From Macrostomum hystrix (lineage: Eukaryota > Animalia > Platyhelminthes), in the NCBI GenBank assembly GCA_950097015.1, contig CATNEN010000002.1, positions 5,394,001-5,458,000 of the forward strand: a DNA stretch of 64,000 nt, in the 5' to 3' direction. Shown here in pieces: positions 1 to 12,567 of the stretch. Both the position numbers and the translations under genes were made by a program. Each line of letters opens with the position of its first letter. Positions within the stretch are counted from its first letter, which is position 1. The notes below the pieces were generated by a model. It was not told the DNA's origin. It did not search any database and was given only the letters and a program-made list of their open reading frames with translations.

Positions 1-187
1 CGCCACCATCGCCACGACTGGCGCCGGCCAATCGGCGTTCGCCGCCGCGGCAGCTGCCCGGCCTCTGTCGTTCGCCGACGAGGAGGAGGAGTCGGTGTTC
101 GGCGAGGCCACCTACGCCAGGATCGACGCTCTGACGGACAGCGAAGGCGCCTCCGTGACGGCCAGCGTCCACAGGAAGACTCAAATG
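1..187 (+). CDS. Penultimate coding exon (5' truncated by window) of an SH3-domain protein
   Basis: GC-rich open frame from position 2 (ATIATTGAGQSAFAAAAAARPLSFADEEEESVFGEATYARIDALTDSEGASVTASVHRKTQM) ends at ATG|GTGGGG, phase 0, in frame with the exon at 988. Confidence 0.75.
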
Positions 188-208
188 GTGGGGGGTTGTG
201 GGAGATGC

Positions 209-958
209 GAGATTGATATGGTATAAGAGATTGATATAGTATAAGAGATTGATATGGTAGTAGAGATTGATATGGTAGTAGAGATTGATATGGTATAAAA
301 GATTGATATAGTATAAGAGATTGATATGGTAGTAGAGATTGATATGGTATAAGAGATTGATATGGTATAAAAGATTGATATAGTATAAGAGATTGATATG
401 GTAGTAGAGATTGATATGGTATAAGAGGTTGATATGGTATAAGAGATTTATATGGTATAAGAGATTGATATGGTATAAGAGATTGATACGGTATAAGAGA
501 TTGATATGGTATTAGAGATTGATATGGTATAAGAGATTGATATAGTATAAGAGATTGATATGGTATTAGAGATTGATATAGTATAAGAGATTGATATGGT
601 ATAAGAGATTGATATAGTATAAGAGATTGATATGGTATAAGAGATTGATATAGTATAAGAGATTGATATGGTATAAGAGAATGATATAGTATAAGAGATT
701 CATATGGTATAAGAGATTGATATAGTATAAGAGATTCATATGGTATAAGAGATTGATATAGTATAAGAGATTGATATGGTATTAGAGATTGATATCATAT
801 AGGAGATTGATATCATATAGGAGATTGATATCATATAGGAGATTGATATCATATAGGAGATTGATATCATATAGGAGATTGATATCATATAGGAGATTGA
901 TATCATATAGGAGATTGATATCATATAGGAGATTGATATCATATAGGAGATTGATATT
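209..958. repeat. Minisatellite, 18-bp units GAGATTGATATGGTATAA then GAGATTGATATCATATAG, filling the SH3-gene intron
   Basis: Direct tandem copies; unit switches near 787. Confidence 0.95.
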
Positions 959-987
959 TTATAGGCGATTGATGCTTTTCGTTTCAG

Positions 988-1010
988 GCTCCACCAACTC
1001 CTACACAAGC

Positions 1011-1049
<39 letters not shown>

Positions 1050-1242
1050 TCGGAGCAGTCTCAAGGTGTGCGGCTGGGCCAGAGTGTTGTACAGCTACGA
1101 CTCGCGTCAACCAGACGAGCTCACAGTCCGCGAGGGCGATGTGCTCAGCGTGCTGGAGAAGAGTTCCGACGGTTGGTGGCTCGGGGAGGACTCGGCCGGT
1201 AAGAGAGGCATCTTTCCCGGCTCCTACGTTGAAGAGTTTTAA
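988..1242 (+). CDS. Last coding exon with polyQ and C-terminal SH3 domain (adaptor; PSTPIP/Nostrin-like position, identity not established)
   Basis: Acceptor TTTCGTTTCAG|GCT. Translation APPTPTQAQQQ...VCGWARVLYSYDSRQPDELTVREGDVLSVLEKSSDGWWLGEDSAGKRGIFPGSYVEEF* carries the SH3 hallmarks LYxY, ELT, WW and GxFPxxYV. Not in the ORF track because it has no start codon in this frame. Confidence 0.92.
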
Positions 1243-2099
1243 ATGGCTTTCAGACGATATGTAGCGAAAATGTGTTTCAATTTTATGCTTTCAAATTTGA
1301 CGCCTTGTCTTCTGCCTTCTGTTATTTCATTTAAATATGATGCCAGCTAACTTTTATTGATTCGAAACTATAGTTTTAGCTCAGGTGGGATCGCTTTAAG
1401 GTGGGCGATATGTATCGAAAAATCCTAAAATAACACATACCATACCAACTTGCAAGCCGATATGTATGGAAAAATCAATGGACTCAATATTTAAAAAATA
1501 AGCCATTCGCTCGTAGTTCGTTATTTGTCAGTATTTTGTCAACTTCTGTATTGCCTTGATGAAGTCAGCAGGATATTATGGGAAAGTATCGATCAGCTGT
1601 TTATTGTCGTATGCATGTTATATACAAATGGTCTTTTATTTACATTAGTGTGAACTGTACCAATTAATATTAATATTCTTTACTTATTTTTATGTGTATT
1701 CAATCATTGTGGCTATATGTATATAAAGAATGTTTCGCTTTAGCGCCTTGCGTATTACTAAATTTTTATGGTTCTATTTTGTATCTGTATTTATTCTACA
1801 ATGCTGTTAGTACCCAATTCTTAAAAGGTTTGGTTTAAAATGCACTGATTAACATCCCAATTTAGTAGAAGTAAAATATTTTGAAGCATGCATTTAGCCT
1901 GCTGTAGTTTTTATCAGTTTGCGACCAGCTTAGTTAGTACGACCAGCTTGCTTAACTTGTTAACACTTTTTTGCCGTTCTTCCAGCTTTACTAAAGGCTG
2001 AAATTGCTTATTACTTTTTTGCTTCTTGTCATGCTTGAGTACGCAATGCTTCACAGCTAAAGTTGCTGACGCTTTAACAAGTTCCACAAATCAACCCAA

Positions 2100-2538
2100 G
2101 TGTACGCACATCCAGGGGCCCTAACCCCACCACCCCAAATGTGCACACGCTCCCCGCGGCCAGCCCTAACCCCACCACCCTAAATGTACACACGCCCCCC
2201 GCGGCCAGCCCTAACCCCACCACCCCAAATGTACACACGCCCCCCGCGGCCAGCCCTAACCCCACCACCTCAAATATACATACGCCCCTGCGGCCAGCCC
2301 TAACCCCACCACCCCAAATGTACACACGCCCCCACGGCCAGCCCTAACCCCACCACCCCAAATGTACACACGCCCCCACGACCAGCCCTAACCCCACCAC
2401 CCCAAATGTACACACGCCCCGCGGCCAGCCCTAACCCCACCACCCCAAATGTACACACGCCCCTGCGGCCAGCCCTAACCCCACCACCCCAAATGTACAC
2501 ACGCCCCTGCGGCCAGCCCTAAGCCCACCACCCTAAAA
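2100..2538. repeat. Minisatellite, ~45-bp unit containing CCCTAACCCCACCACCCC
   Basis: About 9-10 copies of GGCCAGCCCTAACCCCACCACCCCAAATGTACACACGCCCCCGC. Confidence 0.92.
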
Positions 2539-3304
2539 TGCACTGAACAGCTTCAAACTCTCAGTTCTTGTTTTTTATGATCATTTCGGATTTCAATCAG
2601 CTATATATTGTCTATATATATTTTTGGCTACATTTTCGAGCTAAATGTTCACCATTCTCACCGACAGTATCCAGTTTTATACATGATCTTGCATGCACAC
2701 TCTGCCTCCTAATGCTCCAATTGCCATCATTATGTTTAACCGCATGACTCTTCTGACTGCTTTGCATACTTTTGTAGATTAATGAGTTCAAAAGTGCACG
2801 CGTGCGCTTCTGTTTGTCTTCTACTTTATGTTCTAATTTCAAGCAGCCTTCTTAATCGTCTTATGTAAATCATGCTTGTGTTTTTTCTTTATTTTGTTCA
2901 GAGAAAAGTTGACTGGAATTTCTTTCTGCTTTTGACTATTATTTCTGTTTTGTATTGCTAAAATTATGCTAGCTAGAAATTAATTGAATCCGAAATGAAC
3001 CTACAGAATATAAATATATATCTATTTATAACTCGACACGTTTTTATGGAGTGTTTTTTATCTTTAAACTTCTGGGTTGTTTGAAACACTCTTCTAAATA
3101 TTTTTTTACCAATTGGAATGAGAAACTACTGATACTACTCGTATTACTGTTAGTAGGTTTGTGAGAGAAAGTTTGCATTCACAGTAAATTGTCTAAAATC
3201 AAACTGTTTAACATAGTTTACATAATAACATAGTAACAGTCAACACATCTCAGAAATCCCCACATCCTAGATCCCTACGGGAAAGCGAAGGAAATCGCTG
3301 CAGC

Positions 3305-3755
3305 CTTCCCTTAATCCCTACAATCTTCCCTACATCCCTACAATCTTCCCTAGATCCCTAAAATCTTTCCTTAATCCCTACAATCTTCCCTAGATCCCTA
3401 AAATCTTCCCTTGATCCCTAAAATCTTTCTTTGATCCCTGCAATCTTCCCTAGATCCCTGCAATCTTCCCTTGATCCCTGCAATCTTCCCTAGATCCCTG
3501 CAATCTTCCCTTGATCCCTAAAATCTTTTCTTGATCCCTGCAATCTTCCCTTGATCCCAAAAATCTTTCCTTGATCCCTGCAATCTTCCCTAGATCCCTG
3601 CAATCTTCCCTTGATCCCTAAAATCTTTCCTTAATCCCTACAATCTTCCCTAGATCCCTAAAATCTTCCCTTGATCCCTACAATCTTCCCTTGATCCCTA
3701 AAATCTTTTTTATAATCCCTAAAATATTTTCTTGATCCCTAAAATCTTCCCATGA
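3305..3755. repeat. Minisatellite, 20-bp CAATCTTCCCTAGATCCCTR
   Basis: Direct tandem copies. Confidence 0.92.
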
Positions 3756-4427
3756 CCCCTCTCATATTTCTTAGAATCCATAAAACCGTCTATGAAATCC
3801 CTAAGACCCCAGATCCTCATTAATTTCTCCAAGCTTTCTATTGTCTTCCTAGACTCCCAACAAAGCACCAGATGCTGTGCAGACACCTAGGCATTGCCAC
3901 CTGTTCCGTGAGCCAGTGTCAACACAACACATGCCGCTCACCAAAGTTGTGTGTCGTGTTTTTCCACCACAGCCGGGACACTTGGCTGGGTTTGGCCAGG
4001 ACTGATCACTCTGGCATTGGAGGCGCCCTCACTTCAACCGCTGCCTCTCCTGCCAATCGATAAAGCAGAATATTAAGCAGAAGACTTCACAGGGAGAATT
4101 GGGAGGGGAGATCCTGATGGAGTATCCTGTGTCCTAGTTTTTTGTTCTACAGTTTTGTTAGTTCTCGCTGAGTGCCACGGGTTTCAAATTCATCGTCTTG
4201 ACGAAAAAATATAAAGCGTTAACAAAGAAAACGAAACTTAAAATAAAAAAAGAATGTCTTGTATACTTACCGCATGTTTTAGAAAGTAACGAAATAGTAA
4301 TTAACGGTTCTTTTTCAATTAACGGAGTCTGAATTTTTTTCTTTTGTTGATCCTATATCGTACTGCTCTAAAATGCAATAATTCGCTACATAATGGATCT
4401 TTGCGGTACCAACGATTGATATAACAT

Positions 4428-5515
4428 CAACGGATGTTTCAGGAATTAACGGATGTTTCAGGAATTAACGGATGTTTCAGGAATTAACGGATGTTTCAGG
4501 AATTAACGGATATTTCAGGAATTAACGGATGTTTCAGGAATTAACGGATGTTTCAGGAATTAACGGATGTTTCAGGAATTAACGGATGTTTCAGGAATTA
4601 ACGGATGTTTCAGGAATTAACGGATGTTTCTAGAATTAACGGATGTTTCTAGAATTAGCGGCTGTTTCTAGAATTAGCGGATGTTTCTAGAATTAACGGA
4701 TGTTTGTAGAATTAGCGGCTGTTTCTAGAATAAACGGATGTTTCTAGAATTAGCGGATGTTTCTAGAATTAACGGATGTTTTAGAATTAGCGGATGTTTC
4801 TTGAATAAACGGATATTTTAGAATTAACGGATGTTTCTAGAATTAGCGGCTGTTTCTAGAATTAGCGGATGTTTCTAGAATTAGCGGATGTTTCTATAAT
4901 TAACGGATTTTCCTATAATTAGCGGATGTTTTTAGAATTAACGGATTTTTTTATAATTAGCGGATTTGTTATAATTAACGGATTTTTCTAGAATAAGCGG
5001 CTGTTTCTAGAATTAGCGGATGTTTCTAGAATTAGCGGATGTTTCTAGAATTAGCGGAAGTTTCTAGAATTAGCGGATGTTTTAGAATTAACGGATTTTT
5101 GTTATAATTAGTGGATGTTTTATAATTAACGGATTTTTCTAGAATTAGCGGCTGTTTCTAGAATTAGCGGATGTTTTGTATTTAACGGATTTTTCTAGAA
5201 TTAGCGGCTGTTTCTAGGACTAACGGATGTTTCTAGAATTAGCGGATGTTTCTAGGACTAACGGATGCTTCTAGAATTAGCGGCTGTTTCTAGGACTAAC
5301 GGATGCTTCTAGAATTAGCGGCTGTTTCTAGAATTAGCGGATGTTTCTAGAATTAGCGGATGTTTCTAGAATTAGCGGATGTTTTTAGAATTAACGGATG
5401 TTTCTAGAATTAACGGATGTTTCTAGAATTAACGGATGTTTCTAGAATTAGCGGATGTTTCTAGAATTAACGGATTGTTTATAATTAGCGGATGTTTTAT
5501 AATTAACGGATTTTA
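4428..5515. repeat. Minisatellite, 19-bp GAATTARCGGATGTTTCTA / GAATTAACGGATGTTTCAG
   Basis: Direct tandem copies with variants changing along the array. Confidence 0.95.
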
Positions 5516-6099
5516 AACAGAGTAACGATTTTTAAGCAAGAAAATTTTAGAGAAGCTTTACATTTTTGTTAGTATTTACGAATTTATTTTAGAAATAACG
5601 AACGTTAATACGCAGCAAATATTTATAAAATAGACTTCTCGTTATACAATGCTTACAGTATTAAAGACTTTGAGAAACGATTTTTTCAAAAGGTTTAAAA
5701 AGTAACGGAACGGATGGATTGACGCCACAAGGTTTCATAGGCAGCACTGCTCTACAACTGCTCTACATGCTAAGCGGCAAATATTCTTTGCCAATTGTAA
5801 CCAAAGGCAGGGCTGCACTGCTTCGTGTATTCATTTCTGTCTTCTCTTGTTAAGTGGCTCGGAAGGCTCGGAGTGCGAGATTGACTGACACCAACCAAGG
5901 TGTGTGTAGTGCTCCACTCTCTAACCCGCTGCTGCCGCTGCTGCTGCTGCTGCTCTCACCGCCCATGGCCTGTGCAGCCCTCACACACACGCGCTGCGCA
6001 CACATTAGTGGGTTCTGGGAGATTCATGTGCAGCCAACTGAGCTGCTATTTGTGCGAAGGTGAAAGGACTCGGGCCAAGCCGGGTGTTTGAGAAGCCTT

Positions 6100-6263
6100 C
6101 TCACATTTGAGAACACCCACGGCTTCTAGCTGAAGTTGCTTTTCTAGGGCTATATCTTGCCACAGTTTTTACTATAAAGTCTTCTTTGGTGGTGCTAAAA
6201 TAAGTTAGAGAATTTTGCTAATCCTTATCGCTGCTGCTACAATTACTCGACTAATTGGTAAGC
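6100..6263 (+). other. Candidate non-coding 5' exon end (donor) of sbb paralog 1
   Basis: Strong donor TTG|GTAAGC at 6258 upstream of the acceptor at 7885; the exon start cannot be defined from sequence. Confidence 0.3.
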
Positions 6264-6317
6264 TAGTGGTAGGGGATCTGATTGGATTGGTGGTGGAAAG
6301 GAGGGGGAAGAAGGCAT

Positions 6318-7175
6318 GCAGATTGGGAAGAAGAGAGGTAGATTGGGGAGAAAAGAGGTAGATTGGGAAGAAGAGAGGTAGATTGGGAAGAAGAGAGGTA
6401 GATTGGGGAGAAAAGAGGTAGATTGGGAAGAAGAGAGGTAGATTGGGGAGAAAAGAGGTAGATTGGGAAGAAGAGAGGTAGATTGGGGAGAAAAGAGGTA
6501 GATTGGGGAGAAGAGAGGCAGATTGGGGAGAAGAGAGACAGATTGGGGAGAAGGGAGAAATGGGGAGAAGAGAGGTTGATTCGGGAAAAGGGAGGTAGAT
6601 TGGGGAGAAGGAGAGGCAGATTGGGGAGAAGGAGAGGCAGATTGGGGAGAATGGAGAATTGGGGAGAAGGGAGAATTGGGGAGAAGGGAGAATTGGGGAG
6701 AAGGGAGAATTGGGGAGAAGAGAGGCAGATTGAGGAGAAGGAGAGGCAGATTGGGGAGAAGGAGAGGCAGATTGGGGAGAAGGAGAGGTAGATTGGGGAG
6801 AAGGAGAGGTAGATTGGGGAGATGGAGAGGTAGATTGGGGAGAAGGAGAGGCAGATTGGGGAGAAGGAGAGGTAGATTGGGGAGAAGGAGAAGCAGATTG
6901 GGGAGAAGGAGAGGCAGATTGGGGAGAAGGAGAGGCAGATTGGGGAGAAGGAGAGGTAGATTGGGGAGAAGGAGAGGCAGATTGGGGAGAAGGAGAGGCA
7001 GATTGGGGAGAAGGAGAGGCAGATTGGGGAGAAGGAGAGGCAGATTGGGGAGAAGGAGAGGTAGATTGGGGAGAAGGAGAGGTAGATTGGGGAGAAGGAG
7101 AGGTAGATTGGGGAGAAGGAGAGGCAGATTGGGGAGAAGGAGAGGCAGATTGGGGAGAAGGAGAGGTAGATTGGC
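6318..7175. repeat. Minisatellite, 21-bp GATTGGGGAGAAGGAGAGGYA
   Basis: Direct tandem copies, purine-rich on + strand. Confidence 0.95.
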
Positions 7176-7899
7176 AGGCAGGCAGAGACAGATAGAGAGG
7201 GAAGAGGGTAGAGAGGAGAGAGGGGGCCGACGAAAGAGAAGTGGGAATGTATAAAATTAGTTTTTTTAATACAAGTTAGCATTTCCTCTTAAATCTATAC
7301 ACTTTATCTCGTACTAGAAATCGTTCACTTATTTTTAACTAGCCTCTTTATTTAGAAATAATGTAAAACAGAATCAGCGGCAGCAGCTGAAACCAGTGTC
7401 TTGCCGCACTGAGGTGACACACACCAGAGCCTTTTGATCCGTCTGCCTCTCCCCTCCTGCCTTCTCCTCCCAGGCCTCTGCGGTGTTGGAGCCACTTAAC
7501 GAATCAATACGCCTGACTTGGGTGTTTGGTTCGCGGCTGATAGGGCAGCCTTCGCGGCAGCACAGAGGGGACTCCCGGGGGGTAGGGCTTTATGCAGCAG
7601 CAGCAGCCAATGACTCGCCGCCTTTGCCAGGCCGAAATGCTTCAGTGGAAAGAGAGAAGAGATGGGATTCACAGGAGACATGCGGGGGATTGAACCCCAC
7701 CCTGCCCTGGCCACCTCTTCCTCAGTGGGCTATAAGCCGGGAACTTGCCCAACCCCTTGCGCCCACCCCAGCCCGCATAGCTTCAAGGCTTGAAGGAGCG
7801 CGAAGTGTCCCTTCACTCGCCTCACTCCTCAACCTCAATTGAGATTGTCGACTTCTCATTAACAGCATCAACTGATTGTTTCCAGCTGTGTACAGCGCA

Positions 7900-7900
7900 A

Positions 7901-7947
<47 letters not shown>

Positions 7948-7995
7948 TTAAAAGTGAAGATTAAAAGGCGGTCGAGAAATTCCTGCGAAGTTCTC

Positions 7996-8045
<50 letters not shown>

Positions 8046-8271
8046 CCAGGAGGAGGTCAGGAAGGACAGGCCGGAGCTGACAACCATTTTGGCCGCTTCG
8101 CCGTCAACACCTCCGACAACCGAGGTGCCAGCGTCGTCGCCCCTGAAGGCGGAGGCCGACAGCGCTTCAAACAATCCGACAACATCGTCCTTTGCCGTCC
8201 TGTCCTCGTCCTGCTCTTCCAGCACGTCGTCAACGACTTCGGTGCACAGCGACGATAGCGAGGAGCTTGCG
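7900..8271 (+). CDS. sbb: Brakeless/scribbler (ZNF608/609-like) paralog 1, first coding exon
   Basis: Acceptor TTGTTTCCAG at 7885, ATG at 7900. MEQ13HLKVKIKRRSRN..N17.. has an LKxKIKR motif matching paralog 2. Donor GCG|GTGAGC at 8272, phase 0, in frame with 15981. Confidence 0.75.
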
Positions 8272-8289
8272 GTGAGCTCATTGACTTCT

Positions 8290-8835
8290 GGTACTTTGGG
8301 GGTCAACTGACCCCCTCAGACACTACCAAAGCTCAAGGAGGTCACCTGACCCCCTCCCGACACAACCAAAGCTCAAGGGAGTCAAAGGACCCCCTCAGAC
8401 ACCTACGAAACTCAAGGGGGTCACCTGACCTCTGTCAGGTACTACTAAAGCTCAAGGGGGTCAACTGACCCCCTCAGGCACTTCGGAAATTCAAAGGAGT
8501 TCCTTTTGAGCGTTCTTCACTAAAGGAGTGCTCAATCGTGCTTCTTGAGGACTTTCGTTACTTAAAAAAGTCTAATTGTCCCCCTAGACACTCAGGAGTC
8601 ACCTGAGTCCCTTAGGAACTTTCGAAATCCAAGATTATCTCAAACCTCAGCTGACCCTCGTCTGACTGTCAACTAGCAGGGGTCAACTGCCCTCCTTATT
8701 GACCCTCCTTTGTCATTACAGTGGCTTTCGATGCTTTAGGGGGGTCAAGTGACCTCCTAAGAGAGTAGATCTGTTAGTTAAGAGGTTCGATTGACATCTC
8801 AGAGATTATCCAGCACTCAGGGGGTCAGCTGACCT
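8290..8835. repeat. Degenerate repeat cluster with palindromic GGGGTCA-NN-TGACCCC cores
   Basis: About 9 cores; the first five are spaced ~40 bp apart with a shared CACTACCAAAGCTCAA linker. Confidence 0.8.
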
Positions 8836-9834
8836 ACTCAGACAGCAGAACCAGGCTCATGAGGGACAGTCTCAAAGCAGCAGATGCTCAACAAGCATTT
8901 TTGCAGATTCCAATCAATAAATTGCTGCATGGGGAGGCCGAATATTTCCAAGCCTCCCCCCGTGCATTCTGGTCCATTGCGGCCGGCACGCACCGCTGCG
9001 TCGCTTCACTGCCGTGTCACGCCAATTATTCTCCCATCCAAATCCTTCAGATTTTTTTCTCCCTCTTCGTGGCCATCCGCCATCCTTGCCCCCCGCCCCA
9101 CTCCGCGAGTGGGCCCGGCGGTGCTCAAAGGCGATGGTGGCAGAGCGAGGCCGAGCTTGAGTCCGGCTTAGGGAGGGGATCCGGATCTTTTTAGGGAAGA
9201 CGGGAACTAAGAAGCAAACGATCTCTGCTTAACCTTCGCCTCCGATCCAGTCTGAGCTGCTCAAACCGCGAGCCCGAACTCACACACACACACAAGGGGA
9301 GAAAACTCCCACAGCACCGCGGAGTCCTTCCCTTCCCTAGCTGAGCCTCCTCCCTGGGCACAAACTGGCCCGGCCACCACCAGCGGCTTCCAATGCCAAA
9401 AACTCCCCAGGGCGACTCAACTCACGCGCTCTCCCACTCTTTCCGTCTCCCTCCCCCCTACCAGCCGATTTTTTATCCCCTTTTCACTGCCTTCCCATTG
9501 CATTGGGCTGTCGCTGATGTGTTAGTGCGTGCGCGCCACTTCAAATGGGATCTCTCCATCTCTTTCTCTCCGCATCCCCTTTAGACCGGCACTTCTTCCC
9601 ATGCAGCCCGAGATAGTCCCTCTCGGCTAGCCAATCCGACTTGCCAATCCCCCCTGCCCCGCCCTGACAACCCTCAGCTCAAACCAGTCAAATCCCAGAA
9701 GAATAGCAGCAGTCTGCATTCAATACCCTCCACCCTCCTGACTGTCTGTCTTCCTCACTTCCTCAGTTTCGGAGTGCGACTGACTCTAGACCGCTTATTA
9801 GTAACTGGGATCGGAACAAGAGTCATAAATCTAC

Positions 9835-10330
9835 AATCGCAGCGGGAATCGTAGCTAGGATCTCAGTAGTAAATAGTGCTAGAATAGCAGCAGGAATCGA
9901 AGCTAGAATCGCAGCAATTATTGCTAGAAACGCAGCAGGAAGAATATCTAGAATCGCAGAATGGAATGTTGCCAGAATCGCAGCAGGATCTGTAGCTAGA
10001 ATCGCAATAGGAACCGAATCTAGAATCGCAGCAGGAATCGTAGCTAGAATCGCAGCAGGAATCGTAGCTAGAATCGCAGCAGGAATCGTAGCTAGAATCG
10101 CAGCAGGAATCGTAGCTAGAATCGCAGCAGGAATCGTAGCTAGAATCGCGTCAGGAACTGTAGCCAGAATCGCAGCAGGAACAATATCTAGAATCGCAGC
10201 AGGAATCATAGCTAGAATCGCAGCAGGAACAATATCTAGAATCGCAGCAGGAATACGAGCGTAGTAGCCAGAATCTCAGCAGGAACTATAGCTAGAACCG
10301 CAGCAAGACCTGTAGCCAGAATCGCAGCAG
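9835..10330. repeat. Minisatellite, 24-bp AGCTAGAATCGCAGCAGGAATCGT
   Basis: Direct tandem copies. Confidence 0.92.
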
Positions 10331-10631
10331 TAAATGTTGCTAGAATGGCATCACAAAGTAAATCCCTTACTAATTAGTAAGGCATCGCAACTGTCTGGCT
10401 ATTGCGCAGAACAGTTCATTTGGAACGGGTACACGTGTACCTTAACGCAAAATAGCAAAATGTTCCTTGGCCCACCTAACAAACTTCACCTTGAAATTTG
10501 GCTCAAAGTTCTTGAAATGCGAGGGTGGAATCACGGACCGCCGGTTCTACCAGTTGTGTTCTAAATTTTATAGTACTAGCCGTGCCTGTTAGTGGAAAGT
10601 AATTCATTTTACGAAGTAATAACCATGCCTT

Positions 10632-11008
10632 GATGAAGGGGAGTGAAAGGAAGGGAGAGATGAAGGGGAGTGAGAAGAAGGGAGAGATGAAGGGGAGTGA
10701 AAGGAAGGGAGAGATGAAGGGGAGTGAAAGGAAGGGAGAGATGAAGGGGAGTGAAAGGAAGGGAGAGATGAAGGGGAGTGAAAGGAAGGGAGGGATGAAG
10801 GGGAGTGAAAGGAAGGGAGAGATGAAGGGGAGTGAGAGGAAGGGGGAGATGAAGGGGAGTGAGAGGAAGGGAGAGATGAAGGGGAGTGAAAGGAAGGGAG
10901 AGATGAAGGGGAGTGAAAGGAAGGGAGAGATGAAGGGGAGTGAGAGGAAGGGAGAGATGAAGGGGAGTGAAAGGAAGGGAGAGATGAAGGGGAGTGAGAG
11001 GAAGGGAT
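10632..11008. repeat. Minisatellite, 27-bp GATGAAGGGGAGTGAAAGGAAGGGAGA
   Basis: About 14 direct copies. Confidence 0.95.
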
Positions 11009-11559
11009 AAAGGGAGAGGACGAATGTATCAGGTGGTGTCTATTGTACTTTACTTTCTTTCCTTTCTTGTCTTCTATGTCGCGAATTAAGGAAACAAGGT
11101 TTGAAAACGAATAGTCAAATTTGACTCTGCACCGTTTCGGAGAAATAATAATCGTGTGCCGTAGTCTCACACACACCCTTAGCTACAGAGTGTGAACTAA
11201 AGATAGGCAAATGTTGAAGGCAGTGTATCGTATGAGTGTGGAACATACTGCTGGAAGACAAACCAGTTAACTGTGCATGAATGCCGCCTGCAGAACTAGA
11301 AGCAACACGACAGAATCGGATAGCGAAGTGACGACTTCGGGCGATGCTGCTTTGGTGGCATTTTTTACTCGTAACAATCGTCTGGCCAAACTTGCTTTTA
11401 CGACCAGAAGCTGTTATGTATGTGCCTGAAAAAGATTTTTTGCAGTGGGAAAGACTGCTTTTGGAGGGTTGGAGAGAAAGTTCGGAGGGTAGATTAGAAG
11501 GAAAATGATAGGGTCAGTTAGATAGTCAATTAAAGGCAGATATAGGAAATCTACCGATA

Positions 11560-12183
11560 GATAGGTAGATTAGAAGGAAGATTGGAAGTTGGATTGGAAG
11601 CCAGATTCGAAGGGGTAGACTGAAAGGTAGACTGGAAGGTAGACTGAAAGGTAGACTGAAAGGTAGACTGGAAGGTAGACTGAAAGGTAGACTGAAAGGT
11701 AGACTGGAAGGTAGACTGAAAGGTAGACTGAAAGGTAGACTGGAAGGTAGACTGAAAGGTAGACTGGAAGGTAGACTGAAAGGTAGACTGAAAGGTAGAC
11801 TGAAGGGTAGATTGAAAGGTAGACTGAAAGGTAGATTGGAAGGTAGATTGGAAGGTAGACTGGAAGGTAGACCGGAAGGTAGATTGGAAGGTAGATTGGA
11901 AGGTAGATTGGAAGGTAGACTGGCAGGTAGATTGAAAGATAGATTGAAAGGTAGACTGCAAGATAGATTGAAAGGTAGACTGCAAGATAGATTGAAAGGT
12001 AGACTGCAAGATAGATTGAAAGGTAGACTGAAAGATAGATTGAAAGGTAGACTGAAAGATAGATTGAAAGGTAGACTGGAAGGTAGACTGGAAGGTAGAT
12101 TGAAAGGTAGATTGGAAGGTAGACTGGAAGGTAGATTGGAAGGTAGATTGGAAAGTAGGTTGGAAAGTAGATTGGAAGGTAGA
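11560..12183. repeat. Minisatellite, 12-bp GRAAGGTAGAYT
   Basis: Direct tandem copies. Confidence 0.95.
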
Positions 12184-12567
12184 CGGGCAGCATTCAAGCG
12201 GAGGTTGTGAAGCACTGCAGCCTCAGTCGATGGTACTGTGTTTGTGTGAGGATGTGAGGAGCGCGCCATTGGAGGAGAATAGGTACTGAAAGACTCAAAA
12301 TACAAAAAAACTTGTATTTGCTTTTTTAAGCCCATCAAGCGACGGAAAGAACCAATAGTAGTACACGTTTTTTTAGTAATTATCCGGCCCCTTTACTCAG
12401 GTGATTTTTTCCATGGAAACAGTTCTGAGCCGCTTTATTCAGCTCATGCTCAAAGCAGTGATTGTTGAGAAACTTTTTTGTTATTTATTGGTCTAGGTAA
12501 TTAGACCCACTTTTAGCTGATATAGGATATCATGATTAATTATAGCTGGACTAATGTAGCTAGATCA

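Noticed and set aside
4428-5515. ACGGATGT core resembling budding-yeast telomeric repeats, and TAACGG Myb-like sites
   Set aside because: The match is only ~8 bp, the array is interstitial in an animal genome, and there is no other telomeric context.
5965-6065. ATG-led candidate exon MACAALTHTR.. with donor AAG|GTGAAA
   Set aside because: Its phase 2 is out of frame with the paralog 1 exon at 7886, the donor is weak, and the peptide has no recognisable features.
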